Shown: positions 1 to 11,043, numbered from the stretch's first letter. The stretch is DNA of 32,000 nt from Candidatus Hadarchaeota archaeon (GCA_964514965.1 CAZETV010000001.1:300001-332000); one strand, 5' to 3'. Numbers and translations are program-made. Notes: generated from the sequence alone by a model not told the origin.

Positions 1-1
1 C

Positions 2-358
2 GGAAAGGGAAAGTGGGAGGTTTACATTAGTGGCGGGACGAAACCGACAGGCATTGATATGATCGAGTGGGCAAAAAAAGTCGAGTCACTTGGCGCAGGC
101 GAAATCCTTTACACGGGAATCAACACCGATGGCACGCGAGAGGGCTACGACCTTGATGGAACACGAGCGGTAGTCGAAGCTGTCAGCATACCGGTTATCG
201 CTTCTGGCGGTGCGGGCAAACTTGAGGATATCTACAATGTATTAACCACCGCTCAAGCAGATGCCGCATTAGCCGCAAGCATCTTTCACTTCGGCGTCTA
301 CACAGTCGAACAAGTCAAACGCTACCTGCGAGACCGTGGAGTAGCGGTAAGGATATAA
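2..358 (+). CDS. hisF: Imidazole glycerol phosphate synthase cyclase subunit HisF, C-terminal part (5' end lies outside the window)
   Basis: The frame is open from base 2 ([51 protein letters not shown]...[10 protein letters not shown]), which is a typical HisF C-terminal half. It sits directly upstream of hisD/E/I. Confidence 0.9.
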   Translation, partial: GKGKWEVYISGGTKPTGIDMIEWAKKVESLGAGEILYTGINTDGTREGYDLDGTRAVVEAVSIPVIASGGAGKLEDIYNVLTTAQADAALAASIFHFGVYTVEQVKRYLRDRGVAVRI

Positions 359-366
359 TCGAGGTT

Positions 367-1668
367 ATGATGATGTTGAAAATTGTTCGCCTTCAGGAAT
401 GCTCGCGAGCGGGACGTAGGGAACTACTCAAGCGCTCTGAACTCGATGTCTCCTCAGTCATTCTTAAAGCGGCCAAAATCGTGACCGATGTGCGGGAGCG
501 GGGCGACAAAGCTCTCATCGAATACACGAAGAACTTCGACGGTGCCAAACTTGGCCGAAAGCAACTCCCTGTTAGTAAGAAAGAGATAGATGCTGCTTAC
601 AAGCAAGTCGATGCAAAAACAGTAAAGACGATTAAACGCGCTGCAGCGGAAATCGAAAAATTTCACCGCAAACAACTTCCACGTGAGTGGTCAACAAAGC
701 TCCAGCCCGGAATTAGCGCCGGGCAACTCGTGCGCCCTTTGGCGAGAGTAGGCGTTTATATCCCTGGTGGGCTGGCGAGCTACCCCTCAAGCGCGCTCAT
801 GGCTGCAATTCCGGCGCGAATTGCTGGGGTCGAGCAAATAATTGCATGCACACCGCCCAAGAAGGACGGTAGAGTTAACGCCGCCGTGCTAGTAGCTGCT
901 GATGTGGCAGGTATCGATGCAGTTTTCAAGGTTGGAGGTGCTCAGGCGATAGCGGCGATGACATATGGCACTGCGACGGTCCCAAAGGTCGACAAGATAG
1001 TCGGGCCGGGCAACGTCTATGTAGTTGCGGCCAAACAAGTGGTCGCCCCAAATGTCGACGTAGATTTTGCCGCAGGCCCAAGCGAGGTTTTAATCATCGC
1101 GGATGCTTCAGCCAATCCAGCGTACATCGCGGCGGACATGTTGGCGCAGGCTGAACATGACCCAGCGGCGGCGGCGATGCTCGTAACGACATCTTTGGAA
1201 CTCACGTCAAAGGTTTTCGAGTCGCTTGAGAAAATGGTTGAAGAAAACCCGCGAGCAGAAATTATACAACAAGCACTCGGCAAGTACGGGCGAGCAGTAG
1301 TAACGGCCAATCTCCAGCAGGCGATAGAATTCGCGAACGACTATGCACCTGAACATCTTGAGCTAATGGTGAAGCGCCCAAAACAAATCTTGAATCGGTT
1401 AAAAAACGCGGGCGCAATTTTTATCGGACCTTACTCACCAGTAGCAGCGGGTGATTTTGCGGTGGGGCCCAATCATATCCTCCCCACGGGTAGTACAGCT
1501 CGCAGGCGTTCGGGCATTTCGGTTTTGGATTTCGTTCGGCTGCCCACAGTACAGGAACTCACGAAGCGTGGCTTGAAACGAGTCGCCGCAATTGTGGAAA
1601 GACTCGCAGAAGTGGAAGGTCTACCCGGGCATGCCCAAAGTATCAAAGAGAGGTTAAAGGAAGGGTGA
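367..1668 (+). CDS. hisD: Histidinol dehydrogenase
   Basis: 433 aa with HisD-type motifs ([34 protein letters not shown]). Located in a his cluster. Confidence 0.95.
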   Translation: MMMLKIVRLQECSRAGRRELLKRSELDVSSVILKAAKIVTDVRERGDKALIEYTKNFDGAKLGRKQLPVSKKEIDAAYKQVDAKTVKTIKRAAAEIEKFHRKQLPREWSTKLQPGISAGQLVRPLARVGVYIPGGLASYPSSALMAAIPARIAGVEQIIACTPPKKDGRVNAAVLVAADVAGIDAVFKVGGAQAIAAMTYGTATVPKVDKIVGPGNVYVVAAKQVVAPNVDVDFAAGPSEVLIIADASANPAYIAADMLAQAEHDPAAAAMLVTTSLELTSKVFESLEKMVEENPRAEIIQQALGKYGRAVVTANLQQAIEFANDYAPEHLELMVKRPKQILNRLKNAGAIFIGPYSPVAAGDFAVGPNHILPTGSTARRRSGISVLDFVRLPTVQELTKRGLKRVAAIVERLAEVEGLPGHAQSIKERLKEG

Positions 1669-1955
1669 AAATGGGAACCGAAATTTTGGATGAGGTTTTC
1701 AACGTGATCGAAGACCGTCGTGAAAAACCGAGACGGAGCTCCTACGTATCGGGCCTGCTAGCAAAGGGTGAGGCGGAGGTAATTGGTAAGTTTGAGGAAG
1801 AAGCTGATGAACTCAGCATCGCAGCGAAGGGTTGTGAAAAGGCGAATACAATACATGAGGCAGCCGATGTGATATTTCACCTGATTGTACTTCTAGCGGC
1901 GAAGGGCATTCGATTGGACGAAGTCATGGAAGAACTTAAGCGAAGGCGGCGGTGA
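1665..1955 (+). CDS. hisE: Phosphoribosyl-ATP pyrophosphatase
   Basis: 96 aa with a MazG-like HisE pattern (SYVSGLL..G...I.KFEEEA.EL...HEAADVIFHL.VLL). Its GTG start overlaps the hisD TGA (GTGA); an alternative ATG lies at 1671. Confidence 0.85.
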   Translation: MKMGTEILDEVFNVIEDRREKPRRSSYVSGLLAKGEAEVIGKFEEEADELSIAAKGCEKANTIHEAADVIFHLIVLLAAKGIRLDEVMEELKRRRR

Positions 1956-2368
1956 TCGTTTTGAAGGTAAATCCAGCTAGAGCGCGATCGATTGCAAAAA
2001 TCCTCAAGTTTAAAGGTGGGTTTGTCACAGCTGTGGCAAGAGATTTTCGAACAAAACAAGTACTCATGGTAGCGCAACAGAACAAACAAGCGGTGTTGAA
2101 AACTCTGACGACCGGCTTGATGCACTACTGGAGCCGCTCGAGGCGAAAACTATGGCTGAAGGGCGAGCAATCAAAGCATTATCAACGAGTTCGCGACGTA
2201 TGGGTCGATTGCGACGGAGATGCCTTGATTTTCGATGTCGAGCAGAAGGGCGCTGCGTGCCACAAGGGTTATTACTCATGCTTCTACCGCAAGCTCAAGC
2301 GGGGCAAGCTCGTGCGAGTGCTCAAGCAAAAGTTCAAACCCGAGAAAGTGTATAATCAATCCAAGTGA
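1952..2368 (+). CDS. hisI: Phosphoribosyl-AMP cyclohydrolase
   Basis: 138 aa with the HisI motif WLKGEQSKHYQRV..VWVDCDGDALIFDVEQKGAACHKGYYSCFYR. Its GTG start overlaps the hisE stop. Confidence 0.85.
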   Translation: MIVLKVNPARARSIAKILKFKGGFVTAVARDFRTKQVLMVAQQNKQAVLKTLTTGLMHYWSRSRRKLWLKGEQSKHYQRVRDVWVDCDGDALIFDVEQKGAACHKGYYSCFYRKLKRGKLVRVLKQKFKPEKVYNQSK

Positions 2369-2371
2369 ATA

Positions 2372-2385
2372 ACTCACATGTGAGT
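2372..2385. repeat. Perfect 14-nt palindrome ACTCACATGTGAGT just after the hisI stop
   Basis: Read directly. It lies 4 nt downstream of the hisI TGA and 49 nt upstream of the next gene. Confidence 0.4.
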
Positions 2386-2433
2386 AGCAGGTTGGTGTCG
2401 CCTTTGTCCGGGGATCTCCTTAGGGTGTTTTAG

Positions 2434-3318
2434 ATGGGGATATCTGGAAGAACGCTCGAGGCTTTCAGACGGAGTTCCTCAGCGATATCATTTGTCATAG
2501 CCTTGAGCTTGCTCGTGATGACACTGAGCACAGGCTACCACATTTTTGCATACAATTCATCGGAGTTTCTAGAACAATCAGATGTGCAGGAATATGAAAA
2601 CGCAATTGCGACAGTCTCGCAGATGGATGAGTGGACGCTAACTAATTTTTATTGGTCAAACAACTTGAGGATAGTCGGTTTCTACATAGTCGGGATTCCA
2701 TCTTACTTCAGCTTTGATTCGCTGATGTTCAATGAATACACGATCGGCATAAATCTCGCATATTGGTATCACGCTTACGGCGCGGTAGTTTTTTTGATGT
2801 TTTTGTCAGGTCTCTTCCTTCACGGCGTGCTTGAACTTACAGGGATTTTCATTGTTGTAGCGATCACATTGCGAGTAGCTTGGAGCTTCTGGAAAGGTAT
2901 AGGACACCTGATGACATCGACAAGAAATAACAATCGGTTCCGGAAACTTTTAAACAGCACAACACAAGAAATCCGAAAAAGTGAAAGCGAAGTCAAAGAA
3001 TTGTTGGTTGATTTTCTTGTGCTCACATCATTCGGAGCATTTTTGATATTTCTCGCGGCACCCATCGAGGCCTACATTTCCCCCGCATTTATGGGTGCAT
3101 TTGTTGGAGTATTACCGTTAGCCATAACTTTTCTAGCAATTATCGCTTTCTTCTACCTATCCATCTTTATTTGGGGCCTGGGAACGATGAAAAGAGATAT
3201 TAGAGAGGTATATGACGACATTAAACTCGCTTTTGAGCGCAAGTGGCGACCTACCCATCTTTCACTTCTAATATTTGTGATATTTTTTTCTATTATGATG
3301 CTCAGCTTATTGATTTGA
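2434..3318 (+). CDS. Polytopic membrane protein, SpoIIM/DUF95-like
   Basis: 294 aa with several long hydrophobic segments. The motif LHGVLELTGIFIVVAITLRVA resembles the HG.(F/L)E(L/I) signature of the stage II sporulation protein M family. Confidence 0.55.
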   Translation: MGISGRTLEAFRRSSSAISFVIALSLLVMTLSTGYHIFAYNSSEFLEQSDVQEYENAIATVSQMDEWTLTNFYWSNNLRIVGFYIVGIPSYFSFDSLMFNEYTIGINLAYWYHAYGAVVFLMFLSGLFLHGVLELTGIFIVVAITLRVAWSFWKGIGHLMTSTRNNNRFRKLLNSTTQEIRKSESEVKELLVDFLVLTSFGAFLIFLAAPIEAYISPAFMGAFVGVLPLAITFLAIIAFFYLSIFIWGLGTMKRDIREVYDDIKLAFERKWRPTHLSLLIFVIFFSIMMLSLLI

Positions 3319-3400
3319 GCGTTTAAACTTTAGCAACCGCAAAGGAAAGCTTGAAAAGGCAGTAAAGAATTAGAATAACGGAAAGTTTCAGGTGGGAATA

Positions 3401-4573
3401 GTGAAGTATATCGTCATAGTTGGAGACGGAATGGCAGACTACCCCCTCAAAAAGCTAGGTGGTAAAACACCTCTCGAGGTCGCCGACAAACCAAACATAG
3501 ATTCTATCGCATTCAAGGGAAAAATGGGAGTTTTAAAAACAGTCCCTGATGGCATGGTTCCAGGTTCAGATGTGGCGAATCTCTCCATTTTGGGGTTCGA
3601 CCCTAGGCAGTATTACACTGGAAGAGGACCCTTAGAAGCGGGCAGTATGGGGGTTGAGTTAGGGGACGAGGATACTGCTTTTAGGTGTAATTTAATCACC
3701 GAAAAAGACGGAAAGGTTCTCGATTATTCTTCTGGACATATTTCTACCGAGGAAGCCAGAGAATTGGTCGAGGAAATGAAAAAATTAGGAATTGGGGAAT
3801 TTTACATAGGGATTAGCTATAGGCACTTATTTGTTATGCGAAACTGCAACCCGAAAATCCAAACTACTCCACCACATGACATCGTTGGAGAGTGCATCTC
3901 AGATCATTTGATAAAACCTCAGAATAGCGAAATAGTGCAGAAGCTTAACCAGTTCATGATGGATTCCAAGGATGTTCTCTCGAAACATCCAGTAAATATC
4001 GCGAGGGTCAAACAGGGAAAAAACCCCGCAAATATGATTTGGTTATGGAGTAATGGAAAAAAGCCAAAGCTGGAGAAACTGAAAGAGAAATATGGACTCA
4101 GCGCAGCGATGATTTCTGCTGTCCCGCTGATAAAAGGCATCGGAGTTTACACCGGTATGGAAATCGTCAACGTGCCCGGCGCAACTGGGTATTACGACAC
4201 AAATTACGAAGGAAAAGCGGAGTACGCTCTCAAGGCACTCGAAAACAACGACTTCGTTTACGTGCATGCGGAAGCACCGGACGAGGCTGGGCACGTGGGA
4301 GACTTAGAGATGAAAATAAAGACCATAGAAGATTTGGACAAGAGATTGGTTGGTAGAATTTTGGATGGAGCAGAGGAATGCAAAATAGCTATACTACCAG
4401 ACCACCCGACTCCCATCAAAGTCCGAATGCATGTCTCTGACCCAGTTCCATTCGCGATTTATGCGCCTAACTCAAGTGGGGATAAACTCCGCTTTAACGA
4501 GTCTTCAGCTAAAATGGGCTCGTTTGGGTCTATCGTTGGAGAGGAGTTCATGAAATTGCTCCTCACCGTCTAG
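3401..4573 (+). CDS. apgM: Cofactor-independent phosphoglycerate mutase, archaeal ApgM family
   Basis: The N-terminus reads KYIVIVGDGMADYP. Metal-binding motifs (FVYVHAEAPDEAGH, LPDHPTP) are typical of the ApgM/alkaline-phosphatase-superfamily mutase. The GTG at 3401 is preceded by AGGTGGG; the ORF track uses an alternative GTG at 3392. Confidence 0.85.
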   Translation: MKYIVIVGDGMADYPLKKLGGKTPLEVADKPNIDSIAFKGKMGVLKTVPDGMVPGSDVANLSILGFDPRQYYTGRGPLEAGSMGVELGDEDTAFRCNLITEKDGKVLDYSSGHISTEEARELVEEMKKLGIGEFYIGISYRHLFVMRNCNPKIQTTPPHDIVGECISDHLIKPQNSEIVQKLNQFMMDSKDVLSKHPVNIARVKQGKNPANMIWLWSNGKKPKLEKLKEKYGLSAAMISAVPLIKGIGVYTGMEIVNVPGATGYYDTNYEGKAEYALKALENNDFVYVHAEAPDEAGHVGDLEMKIKTIEDLDKRLVGRILDGAEECKIAILPDHPTPIKVRMHVSDPVPFAIYAPNSSGDKLRFNESSAKMGSFGSIVGEEFMKLLLTV

Positions 4574-4593
4574 AACGAATTATCAACAGCATT

Positions 4594-5679
4594 TCAGGAC
4601 TCGCTTTTTATAGCTTCTGATATCGCCCCAGCCATTTCTCCCGTACCCACAGCTGAAGAATCACGGGGATCCTCCTTCATGTCGTAGGTTACGTACTTGC
4701 CCTCGGCGATTATTTTGGCTACGGCGCCTTCCAGTTTTTGCGCAGCACTTTTTTCTCCCAAATATCGCAACATCATCACCCCTGAGAGAATCGCAGCCGT
4801 AGGATTCACTTTGTTTAGCCCCGCATATTTAGGGGCGCTACCATGCGTCGGTTCAAAAACAGCTATTTTATCGCCGATGTTTCCTCCGGGTGCGACACCT
4901 AGCCCACCAACCAAGCCAGCACAAAGGTCGGAAATTATATCTCCGTACAAGTTTGGTGCTACTATCACATCGTATAATGTAGGCTTCTGCACAAGCTGCA
5001 TGCACATGTTGTCGACAATCCGATCCTCAAATGCTATCCCGGGGAATTCCTGCGCCACCTTTCGGGCAGCCTCCAGAAAAATGCCATCCGAATATTTCAT
5101 TATGTTAGCTTTGTGCACGGCTGTAACTTTTTTACGTTCATTTTTTAGCGCATACGTGAAAGCGAAGCGCACGATTCGCTCAGACGCAAAACGAGAAATC
5201 GGTTTTAAACTTATCCCTGCATCACGGCCTATCTCTACTTTTTTCTTTTCTTTCACAAACTCGGTAAACTCCTTCGTTTCTGAGAGCCCTTCGGCAAATT
5301 CTATCCCTGCGTATAGGTCTTCAGTATTCTCCCGCACGACTACGAGGTCGATGTTGGTATACTTTGAACGCACTCCTGGATACCATTTACAAGGTCTTAG
5401 GCATGCGTACAAATCTAGCGCCTTCCGCATGGCTACATTGACACTGCGGAATCCTGAACCTACGGGCGTGGTTATCGGTCCTTTCAGGGCAACTTTATTC
5501 TTACTGATAGACTGGAGAACTTCTTCAGGCAGAGGGGTACCATACCTTTTTATGCTCCCTACCCCTGCCTCCACCTCCTCCCATTGAATTTGAGCGCCTG
5601 TGGCCTCGATGCACTTTTTCGCAGCGTCGATTACCTCTGGGCCTACCCCGTCACCAGGGATTAAAGTGACTGTATGCAT
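4594..5679 (-). CDS. Isocitrate/isopropylmalate/homoisocitrate dehydrogenase family protein
   Basis: 361 aa with [10 protein letters not shown] at the N-terminus, plus [13 protein letters not shown] and NLYGDIISD, which are hallmark motifs of beta-decarboxylating dehydrogenases. Substrate cannot be assigned from sequence alone. Confidence 0.85.
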   Translation of the reverse strand: MHTVTLIPGDGVGPEVIDAAKKCIEATGAQIQWEEVEAGVGSIKRYGTPLPEEVLQSISKNKVALKGPITTPVGSGFRSVNVAMRKALDLYACLRPCKWYPGVRSKYTNIDLVVVRENTEDLYAGIEFAEGLSETKEFTEFVKEKKKVEIGRDAGISLKPISRFASERIVRFAFTYALKNERKKVTAVHKANIMKYSDGIFLEAARKVAQEFPGIAFEDRIVDNMCMQLVQKPTLYDVIVAPNLYGDIISDLCAGLVGGLGVAPGGNIGDKIAVFEPTHGSAPKYAGLNKVNPTAAILSGVMMLRYLGEKSAAQKLEGAVAKIIAEGKYVTYDMKEDPRDSSAVGTGEMAGAISEAIKSES

Positions 5680-5688
5680 GTACCGCCC

Positions 5689-6993
5689 CTACTCTATTTT
5701 AAAGCCGGCCTTCTGCGCGTACTGTTTGAATTCATCGTCTCTTATCGGATATCTCCTCTCTCCTGTGACGAATTTATTTTTAAGAAGTTCTACAATCTCT
5801 GCTAGCCTAGGATCATCTTCCTCAATTTTTTGACCCGTCAATTCCTCCAATTTGAGTCTTACGCCATGTTTTCCCGACCTCTTCCCGACCACTATCGTTC
5901 GCTTCTGGCCGACGAGTTCCGGCGGAAATGGCTCGTATGTCAACGGGAGAGCCAGCAGCCCATGGATGTGTATCCCCGACTCGTGGGCGAATGCGGCATC
6001 ACCAACTATCGCCTTGTTCAGAGGTAGTTGATACTTGAGAGACGCAGCGAGAAAAGTTGCCAGCTCCCGAAAGGGCTGTAAGTTCCACTTTTTGATATCG
6101 TGGTGCATGTAACAGTTCAGAATTATTTTCTCGGTCTCAGCATTTCCAGCTCTATCCCCAATACCGAGGAAAGTGGTGCTCGCATACACTTTGTCAAACA
6201 AACCAGACGCTGCTCTGATCGCCGCCATCGTGTTCTCGACCGCGTTGCCAAGGTCATCGTGCGCGTGTATCTCCACGTTTGGAATCTTTGTATCCTCCTT
6301 TATTCGCCTAATCTTGGCTGGGATTCCATTCGGCAGAGGGGCAGATACATCAGATAGACCGCATCCGATGGTATCGCATATCCGGTAAACACTCGCCCCA
6401 GCATCGGCCACTGCATTTATGAAGGCTCTCTCGAACTTCCAATCTGCTCGGGTGCTGTCCTCTCCATGGACGAAAACCGTGAGTCCATGTTCGACTGCAT
6501 ATGTTACGGTGTCGACCACTCGTTCGATGAGTTCCTGAAGCGATTTGTCGGTCCACTTCTCGAAGTGTATGTACGAAACCGGGTGAGAAACACCGACTTG
6601 TTTGAAGTCGAACTTCAGCGCTAGGTCGACATCAGCCCTAGTCGCCCTGCACCAAGCAGCCAGCATTTTTCCAAGTCCCTCATCCTGCATGAGCTTTATC
6701 GCCCCCTGGTCAGAATTTGTATAAGTGAGCACCTCGAGTCTTTCCACACCCGTGTCTCTGAGCATGCATGCTATGCGACAGGTATCGGCGGGACGCGGGC
6801 TAACGAGTCCTGCCATCTGCAACCCCTCCCTCAAAGTGGTGTCATCTATAACCACGTCGAGATTGAATGGCTGCGGTTTGTATACTACCTTCCTCAATTT
6901 TTCCCATTTCTTAGGGTCGAACTCCAGTGGAGAGAAACCTCTTATTTCCCCCAACTGTTCCCTCTTGGCCTTTTCCATCTCGTCGAAATTCAT
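5689..6993 (-). CDS. Homocitrate/2-isopropylmalate/citramalate synthase family protein (DRE-TIM aldolase)
   Basis: 434 aa with DTTLREG, EIHAHDDLGNAVENTMAA and HESGIH motifs. It lacks a long LeuA-type C-terminal regulatory domain. It lies immediately upstream of the dehydrogenase on the same strand (9-bp gap). Confidence 0.85.
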   Translation of the reverse strand: MNFDEMEKAKREQLGEIRGFSPLEFDPKKWEKLRKVVYKPQPFNLDVVIDDTTLREGLQMAGLVSPRPADTCRIACMLRDTGVERLEVLTYTNSDQGAIKLMQDEGLGKMLAAWCRATRADVDLALKFDFKQVGVSHPVSYIHFEKWTDKSLQELIERVVDTVTYAVEHGLTVFVHGEDSTRADWKFERAFINAVADAGASVYRICDTIGCGLSDVSAPLPNGIPAKIRRIKEDTKIPNVEIHAHDDLGNAVENTMAAIRAASGLFDKVYASTTFLGIGDRAGNAETEKIILNCYMHHDIKKWNLQPFRELATFLAASLKYQLPLNKAIVGDAAFAHESGIHIHGLLALPLTYEPFPPELVGQKRTIVVGKRSGKHGVRLKLEELTGQKIEEDDPRLAEIVELLKNKFVTGERRYPIRDDEFKQYAQKAGFKIE

Positions 6994-7022
6994 ATTTAAC
7001 CCTCCTTTTTTGGGTTTTTACA

Positions 7023-7030
7023 TATATAAA
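7023..7030 (-). promoter_or_regulatory. Candidate TATA box for the synthase-dehydrogenase operon
   Basis: The minus strand reads gcTTTATATAtg about 30 nt upstream of the ATG at 6993. A GGAGGG lies between them. Confidence 0.4.
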
Positions 7031-7068
7031 GCTTTTCTTTACATAAGTAAAGTACCAAAAATTAATGG

Positions 7069-8139
7069 TTAGAAGTGCCTAAAGAAACTCAGCCCCTCAA
7101 CGTGAATCTTCCCAGAACCCCCGAGTTGTCCATCTACTCCAAATTTGACGCCGATGATTTGTTCGACGAGCGAGATGTTTGTGATGGTGTGGGAAGTCAG
7201 TTCGGTGCTGGTTATGTCCGAAATTCCATCTGCGAGCGCCATGTATGGGACGAGCTGGTCTGCGAGGTGGCAGTCAACCGCACAACCAGTATCCAACTGC
7301 CTAGCTAAGCTCTCAGCTGCCTCCCGACCCACCTGCTCGGCTGGTTTCCCAAGCTTTCCCAAAGAACTGGCCCCCAAGATTCCACCGCGTTCTGTCTCAG
7401 CCCACAGCACGATTCCAGCTCCGGGACCGAGATGAGGGTCACGTGCTGGCTCGTAGGACTCGGATTTGATGTCCACCTTGGAGTAGCCAGCTTTGATCAG
7501 CGCCATGCTTGCTGCGTGAGACATGCGAGTTGCGATGTGGGATGGTAAGCGAACGCAGTGAGCCACACCAGCGATGCGAACCACCTCTCCAAGATCCGTT
7601 AACTTGAGCGCTTGCAACTTTTCGACGGGTTCTATGTGAGTGCATACGATTCCCCCACCTCGTGGATAGTGGCCCCTGCGAACGCACTTAACCTCACCCC
7701 GATACCCCATCTTACACAGTGCTGGCAGAGTGACATTTTTTAGAAAGTCGATAGGTGGTGCTAGTGGATTATCAGTCCCGCCGGTGATTTCAACATCCAC
7801 AGGCTTGCGCGCAAAAGCTGCGGCGGGCATCAGGATTTGCAGAATTAGCGTGATGCTGCCCGCGGTCCCTATGTCGACGCGATATCTGCCACCATCTATA
7901 GTGCTGGGCTCGAATTTGAGTTCCTCCGAGTGAAGCCCCAGTCCTTCAACTCGAGCATTCGTGAGTTCAGCGAGAGCTTTGACGCCGTGCATGTGTTGGG
8001 GCTGGAGCCCGGGCTTCGTCCGTTTCGCGCGGATGTTGTAAATGTGGATGGGCTTTTGGCTAACTGCACTCAACGCTAACGCCGTGCGAAGTACTGCTCC
8101 TCCGCCCTCGCCGATTGAACCGTCAACCTCAATCATCAA
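7069..8139 (-). CDS. rtcA: RNA 3'-terminal phosphate cyclase
   Basis: 356 aa. The N-terminus MIEVDGSIGEGGGAVLRTALALSA and internal motifs (GSITLILQ, HIATRM region) are typical of RtcA. Confidence 0.9.
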   Translation of the reverse strand: MMIEVDGSIGEGGGAVLRTALALSAVSQKPIHIYNIRAKRTKPGLQPQHMHGVKALAELTNARVEGLGLHSEELKFEPSTIDGGRYRVDIGTAGSITLILQILMPAAAFARKPVDVEITGGTDNPLAPPIDFLKNVTLPALCKMGYRGEVKCVRRGHYPRGGGIVCTHIEPVEKLQALKLTDLGEVVRIAGVAHCVRLPSHIATRMSHAASMALIKAGYSKVDIKSESYEPARDPHLGPGAGIVLWAETERGGILGASSLGKLGKPAEQVGREAAESLARQLDTGCAVDCHLADQLVPYMALADGISDITSTELTSHTITNISLVEQIIGVKFGVDGQLGGSGKIHVEGLSFFRHF

Positions 8140-8192
8140 CAGAAATTAAGTGCTCTAGATATAAGAATTAAAAATGATAATTGTTCGATTTC

Positions 8193-9120
<928 letters not shown>

Positions 9121-9403
9121 CTAACGCTCGATGCTGGTTCGGAGCCCGGGTATAGGGCTGGGAAAGTACTGGTTAATAAGATTCTGAGAACGTCTTCACA
9201 ACCTGTGCGAGGATAATTGCTTCCCGACTGTCGTATTCCGACACCTTATGTTTGATATCAACGATTTTAGCTTCGGGATTCACCGAGAATCGTGCCCTTG
9301 ATTGCCCCAACGAAATGGCCCTTCGCCCAAATCAGAGGGAAGCGCAATAGCACTAAAGCTAATCTTACCTCATTCGCCTTAGTTTTCGGACTGTGAGAAA
9401 ATA

Positions 9404-9655
9404 TTACTTCTTCCCTTTGGTCTGATCGTACTGAGCCCAGTTCTTTACCCAATCTTGCTTTAGATTACCAAGCTTGTCCAAAACCATAGCTTTTATCTCG
9501 CTAGTCGGCATCTGGTCGCGCGCTGACTTTTCGACCTCGTCAGCAATGCTAGCGGCAACATCTGCTGGTGCTCCAACAGCTGTACACGCATTGACTATTT
9601 TCTGGCGCTGAAAAGGTTCGGTCTTGCCATCTCGTTTGGCAACTTGAATTGCCAT
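9404..9655 (-). CDS. Stand-alone ATP-cone domain protein
   Basis: 83 aa. MAIQVAKRDGKTEPFQRQKIVN...IADEVEK... matches the V.KRDG..E.F...KI pattern of ATP-cone domains. Confidence 0.65.
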   Translation of the reverse strand: MAIQVAKRDGKTEPFQRQKIVNACTAVGAPADVAASIADEVEKSARDQMPTSEIKAMVLDKLGNLKQDWVKNWAQYDQTKGKK

Positions 9656-9694
9656 CTACTACCCAATTATACATGAATCTAAGGACTTAATAAA

Positions 9695-9710
9695 TTGAAA
9701 GCTTTTTCAA
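9695..9710. promoter_or_regulatory. Inverted repeat TTGAAA-N4-TTTCAA beside a TTAATAAA TATA-like element upstream of thiC
   Basis: Read directly: TTGAAAgcttTTTCAA at 9695-9710, 32 nt upstream of the thiC ATG (9742) and just downstream of cTTAATAAAt (about 9687-9695). Confidence 0.3.
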
Positions 9711-9741
9711 TTGAAGCCACAACTGATATTGAGGACGAGCT

Positions 9742-11043
9742 ATGCAGATGGCTGAAGCAAGACATGGTACCAAGACGCCTGAGATGGAAGCTGTTGCGAA
9801 GGCCGAGGGCAGACCAGTAGAGTTCATCATGCGCGGGGTAGCAGCGGGCAAGTTGGTAATTCCTCGCAACCTCCGGCGCGAAAATGTCGGTGTTATAGGT
9901 ATTGGTGAAGGACTCAGCACGAAGATAAACGCGAACGTGGGGTCTTCTCCCGATTACGTGAATCTCGATGAGGAGGCGGAAAAAGCGAAAGTTGCGATAA
10001 AATACGGCGCGGATACTATAATGGACCTCAGCATCGGTGACGATATCGACAAAATCAGACAGCATATCCTCCGAGCAATAAACGCGCCAGTGGGAACGGT
10101 GCCGATTTATCAAGCTTGGACAAAGGCGGCCTCGCAGGGCGATGTTATGAACGTAAGTTCCGATGATATTTTTAACGCGATTCGAAGACAGGCCGAAGAT
10201 GGCGTGGATTTCGTGACCGTACACTGCGGCATTACCCGCGTGGCTATCGAGGCTCTAAGACGGAGCGGACGCCTAATTGATGTGGTGAGCCGCGGCGGTT
10301 CTTTCCTCGCGGCGTGGATAATCCATAACGAGCAAGAAAATCCGTTATATGCGGAGTTCGATTACCTGCTTGAGCTGGCTCGGGAGTTTGATCTGACGCT
10401 GAGTTTGGGCGATGGAATGCGTCCCGGTTGCTTGGCCGATGCTTCCGATGTGGTCCAGTTTCAAGAGCTGCTCACGCTCGGGGAGCTGGTAAAGCGAGCT
10501 TGGGCAAGAGACGTGCAGGTGATAGTCGAGGGTCCGGGGCATCTACCACTCGATCACATTGAAGCAAACGTCAGACTTGAGAAAGTAATATGCAAAGGGG
10601 CGCCCTTCTACGTGTTGGGCCCGGTGGTGACTGATATCGCCCCTGGTTATGACCATTGGGTTGGTGCCATCGGAGGGGCCTTAGCCGCGTGGGCTGGGGC
10701 TGATTTTCTCTGCTACCTCACCCCCGCCGAACACCTCTGCCTGCCAAGCGTTGAGGATGTTAAAGAGGGTGTGATAGCCACAAAGATTGCCGCTCATGTA
10801 GCTGATTTGGCAAAGGGTATCGAAGAAAAGCGTGACTACGAAATGGCGAAAGCGCGCAGAAAATTCGATTGGGCGAAGCAATTCGAACTCGCGATTAATT
10901 CTGAGAAACCCCAAGAGCTCAGACGCCGGAGGCCACCTGCCATTGACCCAAAAGTTTGCAGCATGTGTTCCAAGTTTTGTGCGATAAAGATGATAACCGC
11001 TTATTTAAAGGATAAAACTGGGAATATAACCGAGAAAACGTGA
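9742..11043 (+). CDS. thiC: Phosphomethylpyrimidine synthase
   Basis: 433 aa with KINANVG, DTIMDLS, TVPIYQA, VEGPGH, and the C-terminal Fe-S motif CSMCSKFCAIK. Confidence 0.95.
   Translation: MQMAEARHGTKTPEMEAVAKAEGRPVEFIMRGVAAGKLVIPRNLRRENVGVIGIGEGLSTKINANVGSSPDYVNLDEEAEKAKVAIKYGADTIMDLSIGDDIDKIRQHILRAINAPVGTVPIYQAWTKAASQGDVMNVSSDDIFNAIRRQAEDGVDFVTVHCGITRVAIEALRRSGRLIDVVSRGGSFLAAWIIHNEQENPLYAEFDYLLELAREFDLTLSLGDGMRPGCLADASDVVQFQELLTLGELVKRAWARDVQVIVEGPGHLPLDHIEANVRLEKVICKGAPFYVLGPVVTDIAPGYDHWVGAIGGALAAWAGADFLCYLTPAEHLCLPSVEDVKEGVIATKIAAHVADLAKGIEEKRDYEMAKARRKFDWAKQFELAINSEKPQELRRRRPPAIDPKVCSMCSKFCAIKMITAYLKDKTGNITEKT

Noticed and set aside
4697-5587. A 296-codon ORF on the plus strand, entirely inside the dehydrogenase gene
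   Set aside because: It is antisense to a CDS with unmistakable dehydrogenase motifs. Its translation is low-complexity (Ser/Pro/Ala/Thr-rich) with no motifs. This is a typical shadow ORF.
9160-9240. TPP-riboswitch-like fragments (CTGAGA, AACCTG...GGATAAT) on the plus strand
   Set aside because: The P2 (GGGGUGC/ACCC) and P4 (CUGG...CCAG) pairings cannot be formed. The element is separated from thiC by an opposite-strand gene and has no downstream plus-strand CDS.
9679-10224. A 181-codon minus-strand ORF overlapping the thiC 5' region, plus the nested ORF 9687-9920
   Set aside because: It overlaps the well-supported thiC CDS and the divergent promoter. It has no recognisable motifs and no SD.
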